Shown: in pieces, positions 1-11,969 of the stretch
How the letters are laid out: every line of letters begins with the position of its first letter
Position numbering within the stretch: the first letter of the stretch is position 1
Source of the DNA: Paramecium tetraurelia
Taxonomy: Eukaryota
DNA: 64,000 bases
NCBI GenBank assembly: GCA_000165425.1
Contig: CT868062.1
Span: 62,001 to 126,000, forward strand
Direction: 5' to 3'
Program-made: the position numbers and the translations under genes
The notes under the pieces: generated by a model
The model's input: the letters and a program-made list of their open reading frames with translations, nothing else
Told to the model about the DNA's origin: nothing
Database searches by the model: none

Positions 1-1416
1 ATTAATTCAAAGACGCTTAAGCCTTCTAAAAGAATGTTATCTTTTAAGCTATGAATAACGTACTCTTAATGAAAGACAACAAATTAGAAGAAAGCACACC
101 TCTTCTTGAGGCATTAGGTCAAGAATATGATTGCTTCAGATTAACATCTTTTGAAAAGTCAATATATTCTGTTTGTAATAATGGTGTAGAAGATTAAATT
201 TAAGTGGCTACTTGTGATGATAAATAGAAATGTTAAAGAGAAAATGCTTACATCTCAGCTCCATTCGCAACTTAAATTGCTGCTTTGGCATAAGATATTA
301 TTGTTGTTCTTCATACTGATTCATTGAATCCTGAAAACTATGATGGATATATTACAATCAGAAAATTAGTATAAACTGATGGAATCTGGTCATCCACTAC
401 ATTATTAACCATTGATTATGACTTCATTCAATAGAAGTTGGGAGCATAAGCACCTAAATAGTTTAGACCATCTTCATTTGTTCATTCATTAACTCATTCT
501 GATGATAACTCACTTTCAGTTTAATTCATTATTTCTGATAGTGTAAATGGTTTAGCCTTTATTGATTTCAGTTTCCCTAAGAATACATATGAGCCCAAAT
601 ATTTATTCATGGAGTATTAGTTACTTTAAAAGTGGCTGAATGATAACAAACATTATGCTAATGATAATACACATTACTATGCTAATAAAATTGTTGAAGA
701 ATCCATCAAGGAGAAAATCAAGAGCATCACATTAGTAGTAGTTACTGATAATTCATCATCTTATGTTTTCAATCTCTAATTTGCCATATTAGACAATTAA
801 TCAAACAAGTTAACAAAAACAGAAGTTAAAGTGGCTTTGAATAGATACGGAACATGGAAGGCATTAAACACAGTTGCTGCCAATAAATAATCAGTTGTTG
901 TAGCCTTTTACAATAATTCAAAAGTCGTCGTTGGTGTTTATCACATCACTGAAAATGCTATCTCTGTAATAAATGGATCATTTTCATTCACAACACAAGG
1001 AGTTTAAAAACTGGAACCAGTTGATTTCCTCCTTTATTTACAAGTAAATTTATATTTATATTTTTTAGGAATCTTCTTTGATAGCCAGCAAAGTCAGCAA
1101 GGGCTTGTAACAATATGAGATCAGGAACGATATCACTTTAAGCTTCGGAGAGAGTGCCAAGTTGGAAAACCAAACCTTAACCATAACATTTTCTAATGAT
1201 TACAGATAAGTGTCGAAATAAATTAAATTGAGTATCAAACCAGACGATGGAGGAGATGATGATGATAGCTCAGGCTCTAATGCTTGGTGGATAACCCTTG
1301 TAGTTGTTGGATCCTTAATCGTACTAGGATTAATTGGATTTTTCTTCTACAAAAAGAGAAAAGACAACGAAGAGGAATAAGAAGATTAAGACACTGGATA
1401 TGCACCTCTAAATTGA
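1..1416 (+). CDS. C-terminal part of a large type-I membrane protein (family member 1 of 5), 5' end outside window
   Basis: Open in code 6 with a 25-nt intron at 1044-1068. Ends PDDGGDDDDSSGSNAWWITLVVVGSLIVLGLIGFFFYKKRKDNEEEQEDQDTGYAPLN-TGA(1414-1416): acidic linker, one TM helix, basic stop-transfer, short tail. Confidence 0.85.
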
Positions 1417-1442
1417 GTTATACATTAAAAACATTATCAAAT

Positions 1443-4400
1443 TCAATCAATTAATTTCTTGGATTAAAATGTCTTTGATCCTATTGTGGGAGATCTTTTT
1501 AATTAAATTGTCGGAGATCGTTTAATCTGTCTTGCTTTATATGCAGCTGCACTTCTGGCCTCACTCATTATTGACTATAATCTGATTTTAAAATCTGAAT
1601 GATAATTTTTCATTAAGCGAACCCACTCTTTGTGAGTCAATTCAATTTACAATTTGGGCTATTCAATCTGACTTAGATAGACAACCAACTTGTAGGTAAG
1701 CATTTGGAATGGATAACTATCAGAAGAAAATTATCTAATTTTATCGAAAATATTTTCTTTAGTCATAGAGCCATTTAATCGAGCTATTATCGATATATAC
1801 AATTATTACTTCTTTTCATATTGATTTCTCTTTTCTCTATCATCATCCTGTACTCCTATTCCTCCTTTTATTTTAATTACTTAACTTCATCAGATGATAG
1901 TTTTGACATCAATTTCATTCTTTCTGTTGCAATTAGCACTTTGTTCTTTTATTTATAATCAAGGAGTGCTGAAAAATACTAATGCACAATATATTAAATA
2001 TTACATTCATACACTATTAGATGTGATTCTTTATTTACATCTTTTAATAATTTTACAAAATTTCTAATTTTAATTTAGCTTCCTCTAAATTAATTTTCTC
2101 TAAGACATTTAAAAGCTAAATTTCTTAATAATCAAACCTTATTCTTAAATTTTATGGAATTACAATATTGTCCACATACTTTGTATAAGGAAACAACACA
2201 TTATTATAATTGAATTTTACTTCTTTTTACTCATCTTCATTGATTATTTTGGTTGGTATCTTCTTCAGTAGATTTAATCTTAATATATCAAGTTTTAATT
2301 TAGGTTTTTTATACAATACAATTTCCTTAAAGAGGGCTTTCTGAGACTTTAGAGGATAAGATAATTATTTCATTATTTATATTTATTTTTCATTCAGACT
2401 TTGTAATTAATTAAGCTTCTATTCTTCCTTTTCTTTATCTATTATAATACCTTTAAATTCTTATCTCATGTATTCATCCCATTTATAATTTAAATAACTT
2501 AATTATATTTTCATCATTTGATTATAATATCTACAGAATTGTTACATATTTTTCGTTGCCTTGACCATCACGTTAAGATTGGTTCGAACTTTTAGAAAAA
2601 TTGATGATTTTAATTTATGTAAATTAATCTTTCTAAAAATGAGTCTTTTCTTTTTAATCCTAATGGACATCCTGATCCTAAAAATAAAGGATAACAATAT
2701 CTTTTTTGATTTAACTCCTAGCTTGTTGTTGATTGTTTTAATAATATTTCTTTTGCGAATAGCCTTTTGAATAATTTTGGCTTTATTGTTAGCTTAGAAC
2801 AATAATTTCTTTTTTTGTAATCCTCTTTCAGCTGCTTCCTGTAACATTTGACAAAAACTTTCAAAATTCAGATATTTCAACAAGGCATTCAATGCATACT
2901 GTCTTGCTATTTCCCTTTTGATTTCAACTCTTTTTTTGATTTAAGAATCCTATTGATTTTCATGAGATTCTATCTGAATTCCTTCCATTTTGGTCTTCAA
3001 TTTTTCTTCCTTCCTCAAAACAGTATATTAGGCCTTGATATTTTTTTCAACTGCTTGCAATCTAGTAGATTCAATTTATTCTTCTTTTGAAATTTATTCG
3101 AACTTTGTCACTTAAAATTTGGTTTTAAGAAAATTAATCTTATTCTCCTTAATCTTTTTCTTTTTCTAATACTATTTCCATCTGTCTTTACTGATATCAG
3201 CAAGTTCTTTCCTAACGTTTTACAGCAAATGAGGATCAAGCCTATCAAATTTGTCATTATATCTAATTTCTTTAGGTTCTGTCCTTTACTTCCTTCTAAA
3301 TGTTTATTAATTAACGACACGCTCATTCTAAGGCTTTTCATTTATTTTATCGTCCAACAATTACATTAATATTTAATCTTCGCTACTTTACTTAACTAAT
3401 TGGATGTATCTGTATTTAAGTTCATCATCATCTGTTCTAATAAGATTTTCGAGATTGACATCTTCATCAATTGAAGCTTTGGTATATTATAAATGAGGTA
3501 AAATTGGTAAGTAGAGAGGATTGCTACGTTCAAGTTTGGTAAGCTTACCTTGAATTTTATCAAAGGAAATGGGAGACTTCAGAGATTTGTAGGGAGAACT
3601 GTAATTATTAGCCAAAGAATGAAAATGGTGAGGAGTGCTAACTGTCTGTTTGTATTGAGGAGTGTCCAAACGCAATTACATTTGATGTATTAATTCATTG
3701 GCCTTATCAAATTCTGTATCATCTTAAATGGGATTTTTGTTTTAAACCGGACTGAGCATAGATGCTAGGGCTTGTCTATTTCTTCTTTCAGTAAAGTCTC
3801 TAATTAGGTTAGCTTCCTCCAGGAAGCATTTCTTTTATTGTATAGTAAATGAATCCAAGTTTAGATTAGGCAATTTCTGTAACCGATCTGCTGGGATAAT
3901 CAAAACTGTACAAAACGGGCCCATGGCTACATCTATAATTTTGACTCCAGCCAATTCAAATAAGGTTGGTGTGAGAACTTCCTCATCTAATTAGCTCAAA
4001 CAATTCTTATGATTCAAGCCCCACACATACAATTGACCAATCATGTCCAAAGCACCAAAATGCTCATCTCCTGCAACTACTTTAACGAAAGATTTATTCT
4101 TCTATATTAATTTAGTTGGAATGGTTGCTTTCAACAATTCCATTTTGAAAGGACCCTTTCCCCACCCGAAGATATCACCTTTCACATCCAAAGCTAAACT
4201 ATAGTTTATGCCGCATGCACATTGCAGAACTCTATTCTAAAGGGTGTCAACCAATTTAGGAGAACTCTAGTATGTTTGTTCAAAACTCATGTAGCCTAAT
4301 TTGCCATCCGCATATTAACCCCAACTCCAGACTCTTCCATCGATATCCCACGCCAAGGCATGATTTTGATTACAAGCTAAACCCACAAACTTTTATGTGA

Positions 4401-5085
4401 TCATATGTGGTTGCTATGATATAACATCTAAATGCTCTTTACTCAAGATATATAATGTGTTATTTGTTGAATGCAGTTGTAAAATTTCTTCATTAAGAGC
4501 TGAGGCAGACTGCTGTTATAGAATTTATGTGATATCCGAACAATTGAATTCATACCTCCTATCCAGTGACTTAGTAAATTCAATCTTTTTCGGTTTGATA
4601 TGATCTCCTAAGTTTAGTTCTTCAAACTTGCCCCAAATGTACAAATGGTTTTTTATTGTAAGTACTGATACGAAGTTTTATGATGCAGTCATTAATTTAA
4701 CTTTATTATCGAACACTTATGATATATTGACTGGATACATTAGGCTACTTATTCTAATTCCCAGTTAACCTTCTTATGACATTCCAAAAGCCCATAGTTC
4801 AGATTTGTCTAATTGAAGAATTATCAAATACTATCAAGGAGGAATATGATATTTTGGCAACAAATCACTTTGATAAAGGTAAGTTATTGTTCTCCACCTT
4901 TATTCTATTTCTTTGGATCACTAGAGAACACATTCTCTGGAAAACATACTCTTGTTAATCTAAACGTAATTAGGAAATTTTTACATCTGCTATTGATTTC
5001 GAAGACTTTCAGTTTGCAAATTGGCAAGTGTCTTCCCAAAGTAAAGCACTAATCAAATATAACAATATATCATACCGTGGGTCAT
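1443..5085 (-). CDS. RCC1-repeat protein with C-terminal coiled-coil region
   Basis: ATG 5085 with a tiny intron just after it and another at 1979-2004. RCC1 blades such as WAFGMSQEGQLGIR and LACNQNHALAWDIDGRVWSWGQYADGKLG. Ends KRSPTIGSKTFQSKKLID-TGA. Middle part not checked codon by codon. Confidence 0.8.
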
Positions 5086-5542
5086 TATTTTATATTATTA
5101 AAAATGGATAAATAATTCTAATAAAACAAAGAATATTTACAAAAATGATAAAATAATTATTATATATTCATATGGATTCGAAATAATTTTTTAGATCACA
5201 ATTAAAGTTAATGTTCCTTTAATTTTCGCTATTGGACCAGTTTTATGAGAGAGATCTAGAAATTACTTTGTTTTCTTATCTTTGAGGCTTAATGAAGAAA
5301 AATATTATGTGCTCAATTAGATACTGATGAATAGAAAAGGAAAATCGAAGTAAGTAGGTTGCATTAGAACCCTTCTGTAAAGAATGCAACAATACCTATA
5401 TCTTTTCGAAAAAATATCTATCTTTGTCATCTGCTACATTATTAGATAAATTGTTCTAATTGCTTTCAATCAAAAAGCGACGTAATAATCTGTATCTCAA
5501 AAATAATTAGTATGTTAGATAATTATTAATAATAAAATTTGT

Positions 5543-5897
5543 TCATTAACATTTATAACATTTGACATCTACTGTAGACATTAGATTTACAGAGAATGTT
5601 TCATGGCAGTTCTAACAGTATCTTTAGGAAGGTACAGTTATGTGTGCTTTATGTGTTGAAATCATGTCGTGACATTCATAACAAGGAAATGCCTAAATTT
5701 TTGGATATATCAATTTATACCCAATTACAGCAACTAAAAATAGGGCTGGCTTTAATAAGTTCATTATGAATGCATTTCATATTATTATAATTGCAAGTAA
5801 ATTAAGTACTTTAGACTTTTTGAGCTGACAATCTTCTCTCAAACGATTACTATTATGATTATTATTGTTGTTATTATTATGATAATTATTCTTGTTA

Positions 5898-5942
<45 letters not shown>

Positions 5943-7457
5943 GGATGATGAATTAAGAGATTACAAATTGTTTGCATTCTTTCTGTTCTCTAATTGCTTC
6001 CCATCACTCTAATAATAATAATTAACTCCATTTGGACTTGCTTATCTGATTTGAGAGCTAGATTTAGGATTTGAATAGTTTTTTTATTCAGTCTATGATT
6101 GAATAGGCGCTTAATTATTGTTTGTTTGAATGATATTTTTGAGAGACTTTTAATTGCTACTTCCTAAATTGCCAAAAGAAGCTGTATTCACACCACTTTT
6201 TAACGGCGAGATCACTTAATATTAGGATATACCTTAAATCTATTTAAAACTTTGATTTTCAGATGAAGCCTTTGGACTATTTGATTATAATTATTTGTTT
6301 GATAATGGCTAATTGCTAGATGATGGTTAGTTACTGGACTGTTATTTACTGGATTACTGTTGTACAGTGTTACCACTATGTCTACTGACTTCCTTTTTAA
6401 TAGATTAGGGATACTGAGAATATTATAAAGTTTGTGGAGGTAATTGTTGTGATAAGTAAGCTTGCATTGAATTATTTTATTATAGTTAATTAACTTATTT
6501 ATTTGAAGTTTTAGCATTTTATTAGTTGAGTTTTTAAATATCCAAATTTTAGTATTAGTTTGCAAATTGATATTATTCTTATTCTTTAGTTGTTGTTTAA
6601 ATAAAATCTAGATTATTCTAGCCAATTTATGCTATGATATCAATTAAGGATTCTTCCAATTATTCATATATTAATTTCCATTGAGATTTCATGGTGCTTT
6701 AAAGAGTGGAGGTTTAATCATCAAATTCAGACAATTTTCCCATAATTTTATCTAAATGAATCGGACCCATTAGTAACATACTGTGATCCATTTCAGCAGG
6801 AGTCATTTCAAATAGATTCTTGTGTGCATATTCCTTTATCTTTGAGAGAGTCTGTCTTTCTGCATTATAAAATGTAAACAAAGAAGAATTATTTTATTCA
6901 GCATGAATTTATATGTCTTAAACATAGTAATCTCTTAGAGCTCTTAGTTACTGTTTGACAATTTCAACAACTGTATTCATATCTTTATCGATTTGATCGA
7001 TTAAATCCATCATTTTGCATTTTTTATAATATTCCTCTAACTTTGCTACCTATTTAGTATTCTAAAAGTTACTTAAAATAGATAGCTCTTGAAATTATTC
7101 TCAAAGGTATCACAATATTACTCTACAGTAACTTTGTTTGAAATATGTTCATCATGTTCTTCAATAATACAATGTGCACAAGCCAACCTTCTATCAGCAT
7201 TGCAATTAGATTCCTTTTTTAATAATGTCAGAGATTTACAATACAAACAAATTGGATTTTTCCTTTTTCATGATTCTTCTTCCAACAAACAGGATCAAAT
7301 TTCATACCTAATTTATTAACGACCAATCTTTCATTTGCAACTGATGGTTTCTTGAATTGAATTTATAAGTTTTCGCCTATTTCCTTGAAATAGAAATCAT
7401 ACTTGTTTTGGTCTTCGATCTACCATGATTTCTAGGTGTAGTTTTACTATCAGACAT
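5543..7457 (-). CDS. B-box-like zinc module, coiled coil, Gln-rich linker and C-terminal CHY zinc finger
   Basis: C-terminus KCIHNE..FSCCNWAFPCYECHDMISTH..YCQNCHE..CYKCQ fits the CHY-type pattern (intron about 5693-5720). N-terminal CWKKNH..CLYC..C..LACAHCIIEEHDEH. Start is uncertain: ATG 7457 is out of frame by 1 nt, and the next in-frame ATG is at 7305. Confidence 0.75.
5851..5945 (-). repeat. (TAA/CAA)n trinucleotide tract encoding poly-Gln
   Basis: (tta)n and ttg runs on + strand lie in frame inside the CHY-finger gene. TAA is Gln in code 6; the ORF track shows it as poly-Asn in another frame. Confidence 0.85.
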
Positions 7458-7485
7458 TAATTTAATAACTTTATAATAATAATCT

Positions 7486-10400
7486 TCATTATTTTTTTTC
7501 ATCGACTACAGCTTTCCTCTTTAACTTGAGTACTTCTTCTTTTGTAACCTATTTCTTCAATAAAAATGCATACCTCCTTTAAATCTTGAGGTCTTATTTG
7601 CTTTTGGCAAAGTGGACAAATGGGCTCAATTTCAAGGATTCTTCTTAAGTATTAGATATTAGCAGGGAACTTGCATTCAGGACATAAACAGCATTGCTCA
7701 GCAACTATATGTCTAAAAGTGATCATCTATGAAATTACTTTGCTGATGCAATGCAAAAGGGAATATTATTTGAGCATTTGGGACAATCTAAACAAAATTC
7801 AGAGACGAATTCCTATTAATCATAATGTATTTATACCCCACAAAATGGACAGGGTGTTTTTTTATCTGGGACTTCTTCCTTTATGGGTCTTCTTGCTATG
7901 TTTTCAATTTTAGTTTTAAATTTCTCATTGATCTAAGATCTATACTCTTGTTTCATCAATGTAATTGCCCATTAATATGCTAATGATCTATTAATAAATC
8001 ATGCGATTATATACTTAAAATTAGCTTTGGTGGCTTCAATTACTGCCATAGTTAGGATATTGGTTGCACCATTAGGGAATTAACTAATACTTTTGCATAC
8101 TCTATCCAAGAGTTTTGCCAAGTCTTCATGTTCTTCCAATTTCATAATCTTTTTAACTAGAGTGTATGAATGCAAAGTCATCAACTTTTAATATAAATCA
8201 AATGGGATCTAATTTCCGCTAGATTTCAAATCATCGCAGGTTTCATATAGAAATTGATGAGCCTCCTTGTATTTACCGCATTCCTATTCTGAAGCTGCGA
8301 TAGTAATTGCAATTCTTCCGACTGCCTATAGATTACCTATGGCTTTTTATAATTTCAATGAGTAGATGGGATCCTTGGGAATGTCATCAGTATCTCCGTT
8401 AATGTAATCTGATAGATTTTAAATTAGACTCTCCTATTTATTACGAGCAACCAAATCTATCATATCATTAATGAATTCCTCTCCTGCTTGTTAATACAAT
8501 CTCAGAGCCTTCATTGGATCCTAAGCCTTCTCAAAATGAAATGCAGCTTTATCTTATTAATTTTTGCCTTCAAAATATGAGGCCACTTACAAGCGTTCTT
8601 CTAATGAGAATACCTTCATGTGTTCCACGTATGCATCCATTTCATTAAAGTTTTGAGCCAAGGCAAATGCCTGCTCTTTCTTTTCAGCCAATATCAAGAA
8701 TTCAATTGCTTCTGCCTTAGATCCTCTTCTTTCACAATATTAAGCAACCATTAATGCAAGAGTCACTGTCTTGCACTTATTACGCAATATAAATTTAGCC
8801 CTTTCGATGTTGTTTAATTAATTTAAATTCAAACGAACAACATTTTCCCAATCTTCAGCCTTCTCGTAAACATTTTCAGCTTCTTAAAAGGCTCCTTCAC
8901 TCTCTTTTGCCTTGGCGTATAAAATCAACAATTTGGGTGATTTCACTTTATTCATTAATGGTGCAGCCTATTTGAACATCTTTTGTGTGATATATATGGT
9001 GGCTGCCTTCTCAATACAGCCTGCTTATTCATAGAGTTCAGCAGCTTCAACTTGGAATTTCATATTTTCACACACCAAAGCAATCTCCTAAAGAATTAAA
9101 GGATCTGATATTTGTCTTGAAAGACTTGATCCTCTTAGAATATCACCCATTTTGATTGAACAACGAGCAATACCAGCAACACATTGTTGATTATGAATCT
9201 CAACTGTCTTGGAATCATGAAGCTTTTCATTCAAGGTAGCCATCTCATACATTTTGACTGCCTCTGGATTGTTGCCTTAAGTTTCAATTTAGATGGCAAG
9301 TCTTTTGCAAATGAATGGCTCCTATTCGGGTGCTATCTTCTTAGCCAATGACAAGGCATTCACATAGTCTTAGATATCGCTTCTCAACTCTAGGGCTCCA
9401 AGTCTATATGATGATTTTAAGAATAAATCTTAGGCCAGATCATGTTACCCTAAAATCATGGCTACGTATGCAAACAATAAATTCTTTTCAGTTTCATTTT
9501 TGAAGCTTTGTATCATCATAACCATAGAGATATTGTTGGCTGCTTGGAATGCTTTTTAGGCAACATCAAATTCTAGATTCTCTAAACACTTTCTACCAAA
9601 AGTATCGAATAATTTTAGATTCTTTAAATTTAATGCTGCCTTATGTGCATTGGCAAATTTAAAGAGGGCTAAGTTTTATAAAAAGTATCTGAAATGACCT
9701 TCATTTGTGTCATCTGCTCCTTTGTATGACTTCAAATAAGAATGACTCATTAATGGTTAACCCATAACGTTTCTTGTCATGGTGAAACATTTTAGTGTGC
9801 CATTTGCTAAACTTAGGGCTTGAACTCCTTTATCAATTTCAGTGACTGATGGGTTTGGAGGAGCTGTCTTTTGTAAGTCCTCCATAGACAAATACTCCAA
9901 AACTGGATGCACCATTTCTTATTATAAATTATTTTTATTAACTATGTAGGTAGTAAGATGATTAGCTTCCTATGTCACAAACAAATTGGGATCCCTTTGA
10001 TCCCAAATGATTTTTTCAGTTTTTTCTGGGAACTCAGAGATCTTAGTCAATTATTCAAGGGAAGCTTCAAATAGAAAGCCTTAACCCTTATTATTAATGC
10101 AAATTGATCTTGTTCCACTAATATTTGGGAAGATTTTTGTGAGATTATAGTCATTTTTGAATTCAATAATGAATTGCTTTTCAATAACATTATAGACTCT
10201 GATTTTGGATTAGGAATCTAATAAAAATAGAAAATTTTTAGTTAATCCAATGTGTAAGATAGGTTTTTCTTAATCATTGTCAGGGAATTATCTATATAAA
10301 TGGAATAGATTACTATTTAAGATAATCGCCTGTCTACTCAATTTTATGAAAAGTGCAAACATTATTGCTTAAGATGGCAGCAGATTCATCATTCAAGATG

Positions 10401-11872
10401 ATCTGATTGACATATCCTAGATAATCCATTTTCAGAACTTGAAGTGCTGGTTTGAATGCCTTTTTATTCTTTAATTCCAAATATTTATAATAGAAAACCA
10501 TATTATTGAGTCCAGCAGCAAAGTATTGCATACTCATTGAAATCTAATTTGGTTCATTCTCCAAAGAGACAGTAGAAATTTCATTTAATGATTACTCCTG
10601 AGTTGAATAGATAGAGATTTCAGTGAATGATTATTGCAAGGCAATCATTGATGAATAAGAAGAAGTTAAGGTTGGTATTGAAGTTTAGAATCCAAATAAA
10701 CACCCTTTCTCAGTAGACACAACCAAGATTTATCCATTTGAACTCCAAACCCTGAATATGTATACATAGATTACATTTTGGATACACGACCACAATCATT
10801 AGGCAATTCAATTTTCTCTGTGGGTGCTTCTTGCCATGTTTGTAGGTTGACCATTTTGATGCAGCCATCTCCTGCCACAGCCAATTTATAGAGACTGTCA
10901 TTTGTACACATAGCATCCACTTACTTCAATAGTTTCTCACTTTGTACTTCATCCTCTAATGAAATAGAAAGAAGAATTACTAATTTCTTTTCTGTGTGTA
11001 GAAATATGTGCAACGTATCCTTCACTAAACCCAATGACCAAATATCCATCTCCAAAGATTGTATAATCTACTATTTTCCCATATTTATTTTCAAACATTA
11101 ATTCATCAGGCATTTTATGATTCTTGCCTAATTCAAACATTATGATAGTTTTTTATTGAATAATAGCTGTGACTGTTCTTTGATTCTATTCCCTTGAATC
11201 TGTTTTAGTTCTAGACCAAATTACATTTTTGGCTTCAGCTTTCACAGGAATAGATTCAAACATAGTTTCTGAATTGTAATTTGAAACTGTTAAGAATTTG
11301 TCTTCTCCACTTGTTACTAGATTGATACTTTTGTAAATGCATACTTAAATATCCCTCGTTATTCCAATCCCCACTAATAATTTTCTTGCTGTGCTTTCCC
11401 ATAGTAGGTAATTTCTTTGCTTGTTTTTTTGTATAGAACAATAAACCACCCTTATCCGATCCTATTGCCAATATCCCATGACTTTTAGACCACTTAGCAT
11501 ATGACACTTTTGCTTTCACATTATCTAACTCTATTTGGAGCAGTTGGGAATTGCTTGTAAATGGAGCCCATAAATTAACATAATTGAGACCATCCTTTTA
11601 AATTTTGATCGTTTCATACCTGCACAATGCAAATGTATTCACCATCTTTGTCCCATTCCAATTACAATAATTTATTATTTGTTGGCAATTGAATATCCTT
11701 TAGACGCTTCCCTCGTCTAATTTAATTATGATATTTACTTATCAATCACGTAAACTAGAGATTTGTCTCCTCCACAAACCAAGAAATTGAAGTCGAAACT
11801 CCATTAGAATACGACTGGCACTCTTCCATTAATGTCATCCTTAAATTCAAAAATTTAAGACTTTTTTGACAT
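7486..11872 (-). CDS. IFT144: WD repeat protein 19 / intraflagellar transport protein 144 (IFT-A complex)
   Basis: N-terminal WD40 region (KKLPTMGKHSKKIISGDWN, YGKIVDYTIFGDGYLVIGFSEG), TPR-like helical region, and C-terminal zinc ribbon KIENIARRP..TPCPFC..CPKCSNNIPFC..CPECKFPA..CPLC typical of WDR19. Several tiny introns. Confidence 0.95.
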
Positions 11873-11969
11873 TACAAGTATTATAATATATTAATTTAAA
11901 ACCATTTTCAAAATAAAATATTAGTTTGTGTGTTCTCAAACAATCAAAAATAGTTTTACAATCAATCAT

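Noticed and set aside
5172..5520. Coding-like stretch between the RCC1 and CHY genes
   Set aside because: Early TGA and no consistent frame or motif. Possibly a relic, but not supportable.
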